Shown: positions 1 through 10,369 of the stretch, piece after piece
Numbering within the stretch: position 1 is the stretch's first letter
Layout of the letters: the number at the start of each line of letters is the position of its first letter
Origin: Candidatus Nomurabacteria bacterium
GTDB lineage: Bacteria > Patescibacteriota > Minisyncoccia > Phycocordibacterales > UBA9973
Direction: 5' to 3'
Length of the DNA: 64,000 nucleotides
NCBI GenBank assembly: GCA_026395955.1
Contig: JAPLXR010000008.1
Location: 5,179-69,178 of the forward strand
The notes under the pieces: model-generated
Told to the model about the DNA's origin: nothing
The model's database searches: none
The model's input: the letters and a program-made list of their open reading frames with translations, nothing else
Translations under genes and position numbers: made by a program

Positions 1-297
1 GTTCCATTTGTAATTTTTGAATTTAGAGTTCATTCTCCAGTTTTTCGTTCTTTTTCTGAACAAAATTTTAATTTGCTTATTGTTAGTATGAACGCGGGTC
101 TGCTTTTTATGTTCGTTTGTGCAGGCTTAGGTTTACTCTACTTACTTAATGCAAATTTTTCTGCAAATAAGTATTTTAAAATATTTATTATACTAACTGC
201 TTTTATTTCTTTATTAGTTAGTTTAATTTTTATATTTATGTCTCTTGCAGGAGGAACTACTAATTATGGATGTATTATTTTGCAACAATGTAATTAA
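1..297 (+). CDS. hypothetical membrane protein, 5'-truncated by the window edge, lying upstream of atpG
   Basis: Frame of ORF 73..297 is open back to base 1 (VPFVIFEFRV...); two hydrophobic segments; very AT-rich. Confidence 0.55.
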   Translation, partial: VPFVIFEFRVHSPVFRSFSEQNFNLLIVSMNAGLLFMFVCAGLGLLYLLNANFSANKYFKIFIILTAFISLLVSLIFIFMSLAGGTTNYGCIILQQCN

Positions 298-302
298 ATT
301 TT

Positions 303-1238
303 ATGGCATCAACAAAAGAAATCAAAAACCGAATAAAGAGTATCAAGAATACGAAAAAGATCACCAAGGCGATGGAGCTGGTGGCGGCTTCGAAGATGCG
401 TAGAGCGGTTGCGACGACGCTTGCTTCGCGTTCATATGCAGGATACTCTTGGGAACTTTTGACTTCTTTGAGTGGGAAACTCGATGAAGTAAAAAATGTA
501 TTTTTTGAATCTCCAAAAGACGGAAAAACTTTGATCGTCCTCATTACCTCAAACGGCTCCCTCTGCGGCGGCTACAATGCGCAAGCGATCAAGAAAGCGA
601 TGCAGCTTATTAAAGCCCCTCTCCTTAATAAGGAGAGGGGTGGGGGTGAGGTTCTTGTGGACTTTATCTCAATCGGCAAAAAAGGCGACCATGCGATGCG
701 AAAGATTGGGCAGAATATCATCGCCGCATTTACCGATTTGCCAGTAAATATTTCAATACAAAATGTAAATCCTATTTCAGCTCTGATTTTAAATGAATAC
801 AAAAAGGGAACATACAAAGAAGTCTTCGTCGTTTACACCGACTTCGTCTCGGCACTCACGCAAAAGCCGAATGTGAGAAAGTTGCTACCGATCTCCCGTG
901 AAGAACTCAAAGAGTTAATCGAGATCGAGAAGCAGGGAACCTCCCCTGATAAGGGGAGGCAGGAGGGGTTGTATTCTGAAATCCCTTATCTCATCGAAGG
1001 CGATGCGAACAAATTGATAGAAATGCTCGCCGAGAAATTGATCAGGATGCAAGTATACCAAATGCTCCTCGAATCTGGAGCTTCGGAACAGTCGGCCCGA
1101 ATGGTAGCCATGAAGAATGCGAGCGAGGCGGCAGGAGAAATGATCGACAACCTCACCCTCGTATTCAACAAAGCCCGCCAAGCCGGCATCACCCAAGAAA
1201 TTTCAGAAATCAGTGCAGGTATGGCTTCAGTAAGTTAG
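303..1238 (+). CDS. atpG: F0F1 ATP synthase subunit gamma
   Basis: KITKAMELVAASK, GSLCGGYN, SEQSARMVAMKNA, NKARQAGITQEISEI. Confidence 0.98.
   Translation: MASTKEIKNRIKSIKNTKKITKAMELVAASKMRRAVATTLASRSYAGYSWELLTSLSGKLDEVKNVFFESPKDGKTLIVLITSNGSLCGGYNAQAIKKAMQLIKAPLLNKERGGGEVLVDFISIGKKGDHAMRKIGQNIIAAFTDLPVNISIQNVNPISALILNEYKKGTYKEVFVVYTDFVSALTQKPNVRKLLPISREELKELIEIEKQGTSPDKGRQEGLYSEIPYLIEGDANKLIEMLAEKLIRMQVYQMLLESGASEQSARMVAMKNASEAAGEMIDNLTLVFNKARQAGITQEISEISAGMASVS
616..651 (+). repeat. BoxC-like GC-rich palindrome inside atpG
   Basis: CCCCTCTCCTT-AAT-AAGGAGAGGGG (perfect 11-bp stem) followed by TGGGGGTGAGG. Confidence 0.75.
940..970 (+). repeat. second GC-rich palindrome inside atpG
   Basis: CCTCCCCT-GATA-AGGGGAGG (8-bp stem) followed by CAGGAGGGGTT. 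Confidence 0.7.
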
Positions 1239-1263
1239 AAAGATTATAATTAATTAAAAATTT

Positions 1264-1662
1264 ATGGAAGAAAATATTACACAAAAAAATTCAAAATTTA
1301 AATCATTCATGACTGACCCATTGTATGTTTTTGTTATACAGATTGCTTTATTCATACCTATGATTTACTTTGTTATTGCGGGAGCATTTAGTGGAAATGG
1401 TACGCCAGCATATATTTTGGGAACAATAGAATCTATTCTTATTGTATGGGGGTTTATACTTTTTATTATGAATATAGTAAAAGGAACAACAAAAGTTGGA
1501 AAGAAAAATTATTTTGCTTCATTTATTTTATTAGCAACTTTTTGTTTAGGAATATGGAGTGTGGTAAATATGGTGCAATCAAATAAAAGAGCAGATGACT
1601 ATAATCAAAGACAAAGAGATATGGCCAGAGAAAGAGACGCAATTTATTATAAGAATCATTAA
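1264..1662 (+). CDS. hypothetical membrane protein (about 3 TM) between atpG and atpD
   Basis: 132-aa ORF, three hydrophobic stretches, co-oriented and tightly spaced with atp genes. Confidence 0.75.
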   Translation: MEENITQKNSKFKSFMTDPLYVFVIQIALFIPMIYFVIAGAFSGNGTPAYILGTIESILIVWGFILFIMNIVKGTTKVGKKNYFASFILLATFCLGIWSVVNMVQSNKRADDYNQRQRDMARERDAIYYKNH

Positions 1663-3021
<1,359 letters not shown>

Positions 3022-3029
3022 TTAAAAAT

Positions 3030-3569
3030 ATGGTTGATGAAATACCAAAAATTAATTTTACGAAAAAGGACATTAAACTTTTCCGAGAAAAAAGTGACAA
3101 GTCTTTAGACAAGTCAGTTTTCTCTTTGTCTGAAGAAATAGATAACACTGAATGGCCTTATGGAGAAAAAGTAATGTTTTTATTAGATGAAAGTAAAGAA
3201 CGTATTGGTCAAATTCAATTTAATTATCCAGAAGTAGATGCGAAAGAAAAACTTTTTAAGATAAGAATGATTGCTCTTGATGATAAGTTTAAAAATAAAG
3301 ATTTAGGTATTGTTCTTTATAAAAAACTTATAGATTTAGCAAAGGAAAAAGGTTTTAAAGGAATCAAGAGTGATAATAGTGTTGGTACTGCAGCAAGTGC
3401 GAATTGGAAAAAATTAGCTGATGAAGGGTATGAGTTGATAGTTAATCTTAAAGTTATTGAAAAATATGAAGAGTTTATAAAGACTTATGATGAAGGAAAA
3501 TATTTTATAGGAGGGTTTCAAGTTCCAAAAGAAGAAAGTGTTTTTGAAATAGATTTAAATAAAAAATAA
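3030..3569 (+). CDS. putative GNAT-fold acetyltransferase between atpD and atpC
   Basis: IRMIALDDKFKNKDLGIVLYKKLIDLAKEKGFKGI resembles GNAT motif A; ASANWKKL resembles motif B. Confidence 0.6.
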   Translation: MVDEIPKINFTKKDIKLFREKSDKSLDKSVFSLSEEIDNTEWPYGEKVMFLLDESKERIGQIQFNYPEVDAKEKLFKIRMIALDDKFKNKDLGIVLYKKLIDLAKEKGFKGIKSDNSVGTAASANWKKLADEGYELIVNLKVIEKYEEFIKTYDEGKYFIGGFQVPKEESVFEIDLNKK

Positions 3570-3570
3570 T

Positions 3571-4014
3571 ATGGCAAAACAATTAAAACTAAAAATAGTC
3601 ACCCCGGAAAAGCTCGTATTAGAAGAGCTTGTTGAGAGCGTGACGTTGCCGACGCTGGAAGGGGAGATCACGATCTTGCCCGAGCACGTGCCGATAATCG
3701 CAGGCCTCAAATCCGGCGATATTGTGGCTCTCGCAAACGGCGAACATATTCCGTATGCAGTCGTTGGGGGTTTTGTGGAAGTAAAAAAGGAGGACGGCAT
3801 GACAACTGTCGCCATCCTTGCCGACTTTGCAGAACACATTGCCGACATCACCGATGAAGCAATCGAGAAAGCAAAAGCCCGCGCAGCAGAGCTCCAGAAA
3901 CTCGCCGAGAACAAAGAAGTCGTAGACTTCGAACACTTTGCAACAGAGCTCGACCGCTCCCTCACTCGCGTCAAAATCGCGGATAAGTGGAAGACTAGAA
4001 AATATAGGAAGTAA
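3571..4014 (+). CDS. atpC: F0F1 ATP synthase subunit epsilon
   Basis: LKIVTPEK, GEITILPEHVP, GGFVEV, C-terminal helices AKARA. Confidence 0.97.
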   Translation: MAKQLKLKIVTPEKLVLEELVESVTLPTLEGEITILPEHVPIIAGLKSGDIVALANGEHIPYAVVGGFVEVKKEDGMTTVAILADFAEHIADITDEAIEKAKARAAELQKLAENKEVVDFEHFATELDRSLTRVKIADKWKTRKYRK

Positions 4015-4095
4015 AAATAAGCTAAGCTTCTTTTGGCTGCACTCGAACGATATAAAAATAAATTTTTACTCGCTTCTCATTTGTCAAAATAAAAA

Positions 4096-4129
4096 AACCG
4101 CTCTAATACTTTATGTATTTCGAGCGGTT
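4096..4129. terminator. hairpin terminator between convergent atpC and 4152..4742
   Basis: AACCGCTC...GAGCGGTT inverted repeat with A-tract on the left. Confidence 0.6.
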
Positions 4130-4151
4130 GTGTGAGCTGGGTTAAGACTCA

Positions 4152-4742
4152 CTAGTCTTTTGGATAATACCTAGTCAGGCTAATGTTGTTGTTTGGTAGA
4201 ACAAATTTTCCATTTCCTATACCTAAGGAAACAATAATAACTTTAGTATTATTTTCACCATTTTTAGAATATTCCGTGATTCTTTTTATCATGGTAACAT
4301 TTTCTGTTTCTTCTAAATAGATTCCATTTAAATGAAATCTATAAGCAGTTAATTTTTTAGTTTTTCTATTTTCTAATAGAACAGCAACACCAGAACGATG
4401 CCTACTCATTCCATAAACAGAAAAGGCGATATTATGATCAGTACCTTTTGCATATCCATAATCTGGGCCATCATTTTGATAAAACCCAAATTTTTCTCCT
4501 TGTAAGTCTTGACCCTTTTGCATACTTAAGTAAATTATTATTTTTTGAATAATTTCAGTTGAATAACTTCCACTGTCTTTTTTTAAACAATTATCTTTCC
4601 AGATAAATGTTCCATCTGTGATGGAAAAAGTTAAATCAGTTTTTTTGTTTACATTTGGATTGTCTTGAATAACAATCTCTTTTCTGTTGCATGCACTTAA
4701 TGTTGCAAAGGTGATCAATATCACCAATATTTTTTTCTTCAT
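4152..4742 (-). CDS. hypothetical lipoprotein
   Basis: MKKKILVILITFATLSAC: basic N-terminus, hydrophobic core, lipobox LSAC. Confidence 0.7.
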   Translation of the reverse strand: MKKKILVILITFATLSACNRKEIVIQDNPNVNKKTDLTFSITDGTFIWKDNCLKKDSGSYSTEIIQKIIIYLSMQKGQDLQGEKFGFYQNDGPDYGYAKGTDHNIAFSVYGMSRHRSGVAVLLENRKTKKLTAYRFHLNGIYLEETENVTMIKRITEYSKNGENNTKVIIVSLGIGNGKFVLPNNNISLTRYYPKD

Positions 4743-4823
4743 TTTTAAAGTTCTAAATTGTTTTTGTTTATTTAAATATTAACATATTGTATTAAAAAGT
4801 CAATAATAAAAGAAAAGCTTTTT

Positions 4824-4832
4824 TGCTATAAT
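4824..4832 (+). promoter_or_regulatory. extended -10 promoter (leaderless) for rsmI
   Basis: TGCTATAAT six nt before ATG 4839. Confidence 0.7.
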
Positions 4833-4838
4833 CAACAA

Positions 4839-5513
4839 ATGAGTAATTTTTATGTTATAGCGACACCGATAGGTAATATGGAAGACATCACACTTCGCGC
4901 TATTCGTATTCTCGGCGAAGTAGATTTGATTTTGTGTGAAGACACTCGTATGACACAAAAGATTCTAAATAAATATGAAATAAAAAAGGCGACAATGAGT
5001 TATCATGCACAGAGCAAGATCGGTAAGACTGATAAAATATTTGAATTACTTGAAGAAGGAAAAAATATTGCTTTAGTTTCAGATGCAGGCACACCAGGGA
5101 TTTCAGATCCGGGAGCTTTGCTCGTGTCTCAAATAAAAGAAAAGTTTGGTGATAATGTAAATGTTATTCCGATTCCTGGGGCATCAGCAATCATCACAGC
5201 ACTTTCTGCTTGTGGACTTCCAATACATGAATTCACTTTCTTAGGATTTCTTCCGCATAAAAAGGGAAGGGAAACATTGTTTAAGGAAATAGCAGAATCA
5301 GAGAGGACTATAGCTTTCTATGAATCTTCACATCGCATACTTAAAACTCTCGAAGCTTTGGTAAAATTTACACCAAATAAAAAAGTCTGCGTAGCTCGAG
5401 AAATTACTAAAATTTATGAAGAATTTAAAACAGGAACTCCAGCAGAATTGCTCGAATATTACACAAAAAATACAGTAAAACAAAAAGGTGAATTTGTTGT
5501 AATAGTCGCTTAA
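4839..5513 (+). CDS. rsmI: 16S rRNA (cytidine1402-2'-O)-methyltransferase
   Basis: ATPIGNMEDITLRA, CEDTR, VSDAGTPGISDPG, YESSHR, REITKIYEE. Confidence 0.96.
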   Translation: MSNFYVIATPIGNMEDITLRAIRILGEVDLILCEDTRMTQKILNKYEIKKATMSYHAQSKIGKTDKIFELLEEGKNIALVSDAGTPGISDPGALLVSQIKEKFGDNVNVIPIPGASAIITALSACGLPIHEFTFLGFLPHKKGRETLFKEIAESERTIAFYESSHRILKTLEALVKFTPNKKVCVAREITKIYEEFKTGTPAELLEYYTKNTVKQKGEFVVIVA

Positions 5514-5532
5514 TTTGGTATAATAGAAACAT

Positions 5533-5778
5533 ATGAAAAAAGCACGAACATTTTTAATTATAGGTATATGGGTGGCGATATTGCCATACCTCGGTTTTCC
5601 ATATAGTTGGAAACAAATCATTTCTACTCTTACAGGTTTAGGTATAATGTATTTCGCATATATGATTTACAAGAAAGAAAAACTCGATATGAAAAATGTA
5701 GAATCAGCTAATTTTGATACTTCTTCTGAATATCGAAATGATGATTATGCTCAAGATAATTTTAGACCTAGAATTTAG
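5533..5778 (+). CDS. small 2-TM hypothetical protein
   Basis: GIWVAILPYLGFPYSWK; own TGGTATAAT promoter; abuts the ctpA-like gene. Confidence 0.75.
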   Translation: MKKARTFLIIGIWVAILPYLGFPYSWKQIISTLTGLGIMYFAYMIYKKEKLDMKNVESANFDTSSEYRNDDYAQDNFRPRI

Positions 5779-6996
5779 ATGATAAAAAAATTCTTGAATC
5801 AAAAACAAAATCCTTATGTAATACTAGCCGTAGTAGGATTTTTTATATTAGGAATTTTAATAGGTCAAAGTAAAACTCCGGAGATAGATAAAGTTGATAT
5901 AAAAAATAAAGAAGTTTCTGTAGATACTCGTGCTGATTTTGCACCTTTTTGGAAAGCTTGGAATACTATTAATGAAAAAAATCCTGATGCTAAAAAAATT
6001 TCAGATCAAGATAAAATATATGGAGCGATAAAAGGTTTAGCCGGTTCTTTAGATGATCCATATACTACTTTTTTTAGTCCAGATGAAGCTAAGCTTTTTG
6101 AAGACGATATTGCTGGATCTTTTTCTGGTATTGGAATGGAAGTAGGTATTAAAGATAAAATACTTACAGCTATTTCTGCTCTTAAGGATACACCTTCATA
6201 TAAAGCGGGAATAAAACCAGGAGATAAAATTTTAAAAATTGATAAAAAAATTACAACTGATTTAACGATCGAGCAAGCAGTCAAATTAATTCGTGGAGAA
6301 AAAGGTACACCTGTGAGTATAACTATTTTCCGTGAAGGAGAAAAAGAACCACGAGAAATAAAAATGATTCGTGACACTATCAATGCTCCTACGATAGACA
6401 CAGAAATGCGTAAAGATGGAATTTTTGTTATTACTTTGTATAGTTTTTCTGCAAACTCTGCTCAGCTTTTCCGTGATGCTTTGAAAAAATTTGCTGATTC
6501 AGGAAGTTATAAATTAGTTTTTGATTTACGTGGTAATCCAGGAGGATATTTAGATGCGGCTATTGATATGGCTAGTTTCTTTTTACCTGCTGATCAAAGA
6601 GTTGTTACAGAAGATTATGGTGGAAATAAAAAACCGAATATTTATTTTAGTAAAGGTTATAATGTTTTCAATGACAAATTAAGATTTGTTGTGTTGATAG
6701 ATGGTGGTTCTGCTTCTGCTTCTGAAATTTTCGCAGGTGCAATGCAAGACAACCATAGAGCAAAATTAGTAGGAGAGCAGAGTTATGGAAAAGGATCTGT
6801 TCAAGAAGTTATTAGTTTAACTCCAGATACTGTACTCAAGGTCACTGTTGCAAAATGGTTAACTCCAAATGGAACTTCAATTTCTAAAAAAGGACTTACC
6901 CCAGACTATATAGTACCTTTTACTATTAAAGATGCTAAGGCAAAAATAGACCCACAAATGAATAAAGCCGCCCTATTGTTAAATAATTGGAAATAA
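5779..6996 (+). CDS. ctpA: S41 family carboxyl-terminal processing protease
   Basis: N-terminal TM, PDZ (GIGMEV), DLRGNPGG, SASASEI, SYGKGSVQ. Confidence 0.93.
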   Translation: MIKKFLNQKQNPYVILAVVGFFILGILIGQSKTPEIDKVDIKNKEVSVDTRADFAPFWKAWNTINEKNPDAKKISDQDKIYGAIKGLAGSLDDPYTTFFSPDEAKLFEDDIAGSFSGIGMEVGIKDKILTAISALKDTPSYKAGIKPGDKILKIDKKITTDLTIEQAVKLIRGEKGTPVSITIFREGEKEPREIKMIRDTINAPTIDTEMRKDGIFVITLYSFSANSAQLFRDALKKFADSGSYKLVFDLRGNPGGYLDAAIDMASFFLPADQRVVTEDYGGNKKPNIYFSKGYNVFNDKLRFVVLIDGGSASASEIFAGAMQDNHRAKLVGEQSYGKGSVQEVISLTPDTVLKVTVAKWLTPNGTSISKKGLTPDYIVPFTIKDAKAKIDPQMNKAALLLNNWK

Positions 6997-7010
6997 TCTA
7001 ATATAAAAAT

Positions 7011-7454
7011 ATGAAAGTAATATTCTTAAAAGACGTACCACGAGTAGGACGCAGAAATGATGTTAAAGATGTAAATGATGGTTACGCTAGTAATTTCTTG
7101 TTCCCAAAGAAATTCGCAGAACCAGCGACACCTAAAGCATTAGCTCAATTAGAAGCAAAGAAAAATTCAGTGCTTTTAGATAATAAAATTCAAGAAGAAT
7201 TGATATTGAAGAGTTTGGCTGATATAAAGAATATTGTTGTAAATATTTCAGGTAAAGCTAATGACAAGGGTCATTTATTTTCTGCAATTCATAAAAAAGA
7301 AATAATTGAATCACTAAAAACAAATCATAAAGCAGAAATTACCGAAGATTTTATTGTCCTAGATAAACCACTAAAAGAAGTAGGGGAGTTTGAAATTGGA
7401 GTTGAAATAAAACATCATAAATCTAGTTTCAAGGTAATAATCACAAAAGCTTAA
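7011..7454 (+). CDS. rplI: 50S ribosomal protein L9
   Basis: MKVIFLKDV..G....VKDVNDGYASNFLFPK. Confidence 0.96.
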   Translation: MKVIFLKDVPRVGRRNDVKDVNDGYASNFLFPKKFAEPATPKALAQLEAKKNSVLLDNKIQEELILKSLADIKNIVVNISGKANDKGHLFSAIHKKEIIESLKTNHKAEITEDFIVLDKPLKEVGEFEIGVEIKHHKSSFKVIITKA

Positions 7455-7456
7455 TT

Positions 7457-7486
7457 TTGACAAATAGGTCTAAGATGTGCTAAACT
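7457..7486 (+). promoter_or_regulatory. sigma70-type promoter for 7524..7952
   Basis: TTGACA-18nt-TAAACT with TG extension. Confidence 0.6.
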
Positions 7487-7523
7487 ATGAGGAGTTTAGT
7501 TTTTTACAATTTAATTTTAATAA

Positions 7524-7952
7524 ATGAAAAAAGAAGACATAGAAACGATAGCAACAGTTATTTTTTGCAGTAATTCAAAGAAGTACTTTCAAAGTATTGT
7601 TAATTATTTGGAATATAAAAATTTTCCATTTAAAATTATCACAACAAACAATGCAGATAATGCGTTGTGTGCTGTGCCAGAAAATGAAAAATGTATTTTA
7701 TTAACAGAAGCATTAATTCCTGGAAAAATTCCTGTAAAAAGGGGAACAGATAGAGTTTTAAATTTAGCTAAAAATGCTAAGTCAAAAAATATTAATTGTT
7801 TTTTGATACTTTATACTGTGGCCCCAGGATTGATTGAAAAGGATGAAGTTCATTTATTTGATGAAATTTTTGATATTAAATCAAAAGATTCATGTAGTAT
7901 AGTAAAACAAAAATTTTTAGAGTTTTCTCAGCAGGCAATCTTGTTGAAGTAA
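7524..7952 (+). CDS. hypothetical protein, possibly a degenerate receiver (CheY-like) domain
   Basis: Alternating beta/alpha pattern, CILLTE, ILYT, EIFDIK; own promoter and terminator. Confidence 0.5.
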   Translation: MKKEDIETIATVIFCSNSKKYFQSIVNYLEYKNFPFKIITTNNADNALCAVPENEKCILLTEALIPGKIPVKRGTDRVLNLAKNAKSKNINCFLILYTVAPGLIEKDEVHLFDEIFDIKSKDSCSIVKQKFLEFSQQAILLK

Positions 7953-7955
7953 AAC

Positions 7956-7986
7956 AAAAAGTCCCGAAATTAATCGGGACTTTTTT
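7956..7986. terminator. bidirectional intrinsic terminator
   Basis: AAAAAGTCCCGA-AATTAA-TCGGGACTTTTT between convergent genes. Confidence 0.8.
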
Positions 7987-7999
7987 ATTTGTATTTTAT

Positions 8000-8272
8000 T
8001 TAGATTACGTTTACAACTTTCTTTACTGCAGTTTTTCCGTTGAATGAAGTTTTGCGTGTGCGTCCGAATTTTACCGTACCGTCTTTGAGAGCGAAGAGAG
8101 TGTGATCTTTACCCATTGATACATTTGTACCAGCGAGGATAACTGTACCTCTTTGGCGGATAATTATAGATCCTGCTTGAGCTTTTTCACCATCATAAAG
8201 CTTCGTACCGAGGTACTGTGGATTAGAGTCTTTTAAGTTGGAGGCGGTTCCGCCGGCTTTTCTATGTGCCAT
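8000..8272 (-). CDS. rpmA: 50S ribosomal protein L27
   Basis: [27 protein letters not shown]. Confidence 0.98.
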   Translation of the reverse strand: MAHRKAGGTASNLKDSNPQYLGTKLYDGEKAQAGSIIIRQRGTVILAGTNVSMGKDHTLFALKDGTVKFGRTRKTSFNGKTAVKKVVNVI

Positions 8273-8291
8273 TGCTTTATTTTTTAATTAA

Positions 8292-8753
8292 ATGATAAAA
8301 TATTCGTATAGGAAGAGTATAAACCATCTTATGGAAAAAATCAAGTCTTTTATTGACGATAAAATACTAAGTGAAAAGGGAAAAGACATTCTCATAATTT
8401 TAATCGTTGTTTTAGTTGGTTTAGGCTCATTTATACTAGGTAGACTATCAAATAAGGCTCAAAATGGTCAATTTAAGGTCGAAAATAGCTCAAATCAGGC
8501 AAATGCTCTAAATGGCCTAGAAAATGCTCAAAATAGCCAAAATGAGCCAAATATAGCTCAAAAAAGTACTATAAATACAGTTATAAATAATTCTAATAAA
8601 TCTGGAAATTTTTTCGCATCCAGTCGGGGGAAGAAGTATTATCCAGTTGGTTGTTCTGCTGGTAATACTATCAAGGAATCAAATAAAATATATTTTAACA
8701 CTGGGGAAGAGGCTCAAAGTGCTGGTTATGAGCTTTCTAGTAGCTGTCATTAG
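8292..8753 (+). CDS. membrane-anchored protein with C-terminal Ada-metal-binding-like domain (start may be the downstream MEKIK)
   Basis: One TM, Asn/Gln linker, ASSRGKKYYPVGC...IYFNTGEEAQSAGY. Confidence 0.7.
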   Translation: MIKYSYRKSINHLMEKIKSFIDDKILSEKGKDILIILIVVLVGLGSFILGRLSNKAQNGQFKVENSSNQANALNGLENAQNSQNEPNIAQKSTINTVINNSNKSGNFFASSRGKKYYPVGCSAGNTIKESNKIYFNTGEEAQSAGYELSSSCH

Positions 8754-8888
8754 AATAGGTACTACGTCGCACAATATATCTTTTCGGTATGGTATATACT
8801 ATAAAGATAAGTAAAATAAGGCTTGATAAATTGGTTCTTCTGATATAGTATTCAATTAAACAAAGTTCTAATTTAATTAAATATTATT

Positions 8889-9722
8889 ATGAAAAGAAAT
8901 GCTCAACGTCAAAGAGATGCAGTAATAGCTGCTGATGAATTAAGAAATAAATTTAATTTAAAAAAAGATTCAAATCCAATTGGTATTATTTTGGGTACTG
9001 GTTGGGGTGATAAATTGATTCTTGATAATCCATCTACCCCTGTCCCCTTTAAAGATGTTTTTGGGTTAAAGCACTTAACTCCTGGACCTGAGGGTCATAA
9101 AAGAGAATTCCAACATGGATTTATTGAAGACAAAGAAATTTTAGTTTTAAATGGAAGAATTCATTTAAATGAAGATCCAACAGATTCAAATATTCCTAAA
9201 TTGGCAAGATTGCAAGTTGAAATTCTAATGCAATTAGGAGTAAAGAAATTAATTGTTACTTGTGCTGCTGGTGCATTACCTGAAAGTGGTTTTGAAACTG
9301 GAGAATTAGCTATTATTGATAGCTTTATGAGTTTATTGGGTCCACCAATGCCTTTATGGGCTGGTGAATTTGTTTCTCCAGAAGATATTTTATCTGAAGA
9401 ATTAATTCAAATTGCACTAAAACAAACTGTTACATACGGTCCAATAAAAAAAGCGTGTTATGCAATGTTGCTCGGTCCTGATTTTGAAGGTCGCAAAAAA
9501 GACAAACAAGCATTAAGAATGCTCGGAGCTGATATTGTCGGCATGAGCGTTAGACCCGAGACGTGTATTGCAGCTTTGTATCCTGATACACAAGTATTAG
9601 CCGTAGCTTTTATCTCTAATGATTCAATTGAAACTCATTCTCACGAAGAGAATATGAAAAGAGCAAATGAATCATCTGAAAAACTTGGAGTGTTTCTAAA
9701 AAATATAATGAAAGAAATATAA
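8889..9722 (+). CDS. purine nucleoside phosphorylase (PNP/MTAP family)
   Basis: IGIILGTG, GRIHLNE, TCAAGAL, GPDFE, GADIVGMSVRPE, ISN. Confidence 0.88.
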   Translation: MKRNAQRQRDAVIAADELRNKFNLKKDSNPIGIILGTGWGDKLILDNPSTPVPFKDVFGLKHLTPGPEGHKREFQHGFIEDKEILVLNGRIHLNEDPTDSNIPKLARLQVEILMQLGVKKLIVTCAAGALPESGFETGELAIIDSFMSLLGPPMPLWAGEFVSPEDILSEELIQIALKQTVTYGPIKKACYAMLLGPDFEGRKKDKQALRMLGADIVGMSVRPETCIAALYPDTQVLAVAFISNDSIETHSHEENMKRANESSEKLGVFLKNIMKEI

Positions 9723-9727
9723 AAAAA

Positions 9728-9752
9728 TAAGAAGTCCGAAAGGACTTCTTTT
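9728..9752. terminator. intrinsic terminator
   Basis: AAGAAGTCC-GAAA-GGACTTCTT between convergent genes. Confidence 0.75.
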
Positions 9753-10368
9753 AATTTTTATATTCGGTTATTTTACCCATCTCTATTTCTATTTTGTCAG
9801 CCTTACGAAGATTTTTTATTTTATTAGGTAAAATATTAAAATGTTTACTTTTATTTAATTCCCTATCAATCATCCATAAATCTTTTTCATAATTAATCCA
9901 ATCAGTCTTTATTTTATTTAAATTTAAAATTTCTGAATATTTACGAAGAGTTTTTGTTCCATTATTTAAAAAATATTCATGAAAATAAGACATTACAAGC
10001 TCACGTATATCTCTATATATTGGTTCACGATACCTCAAAACCCCATGATTGGTCTTTGATAATGCGCCCCAATATCCATTTTCTTTGAATGGAGCTATAA
10101 CATGATCACTATCATAATCTTTCTTATTTTTAGTTGATTGTAAATACAAAAGTAATGGTTCATAACTATGCAAAGATAATATATATGCACCAAGCAGTGC
10201 ACCTTCAAAACAATGAGCATTATTTTCTCTTAATGTTCGAATTGGAGATTTTATTGTATCTATTTTATTTTTTTCAAAATTAAAAGGAATAGAATTTAAA
10301 AAATCTTGTACTTTTGCTGGAGTATTTAATTTTTTTAATAAACTTATTTCTTTTTTTGTGAAAGACAT
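9751..10368 (-). CDS. conserved hypothetical protein, transglutaminase-like/papain fold
   Basis: AHCFEGALL (Cys), DHVIA (His), WGALSKTN..LRYREP. Confidence 0.6.
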   Translation of the reverse strand: MSFTKKEISLLKKLNTPAKVQDFLNSIPFNFEKNKIDTIKSPIRTLRENNAHCFEGALLGAYILSLHSYEPLLLYLQSTKNKKDYDSDHVIAPFKENGYWGALSKTNHGVLRYREPIYRDIRELVMSYFHEYFLNNGTKTLRKYSEILNLNKIKTDWINYEKDLWMIDRELNKSKHFNILPNKIKNLRKADKIEIEMGKITEYKN

Positions 10369-10369
10369 T

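Noticed and set aside
4010-4070. Possible degenerate hairpin element at the end of atpC (AGTAAAAAT / ATTTTTACT)
   Set aside because: Only 9 A/T-rich base pairs, plausible by chance in this composition
8754-8888. Intergenic stretch with ACTACGTCGCAC and promoter-like boxes, possible ncRNA or tRNA
   Set aside because: No cloverleaf or convincing stem; probably promoter sequence for the phosphorylase gene
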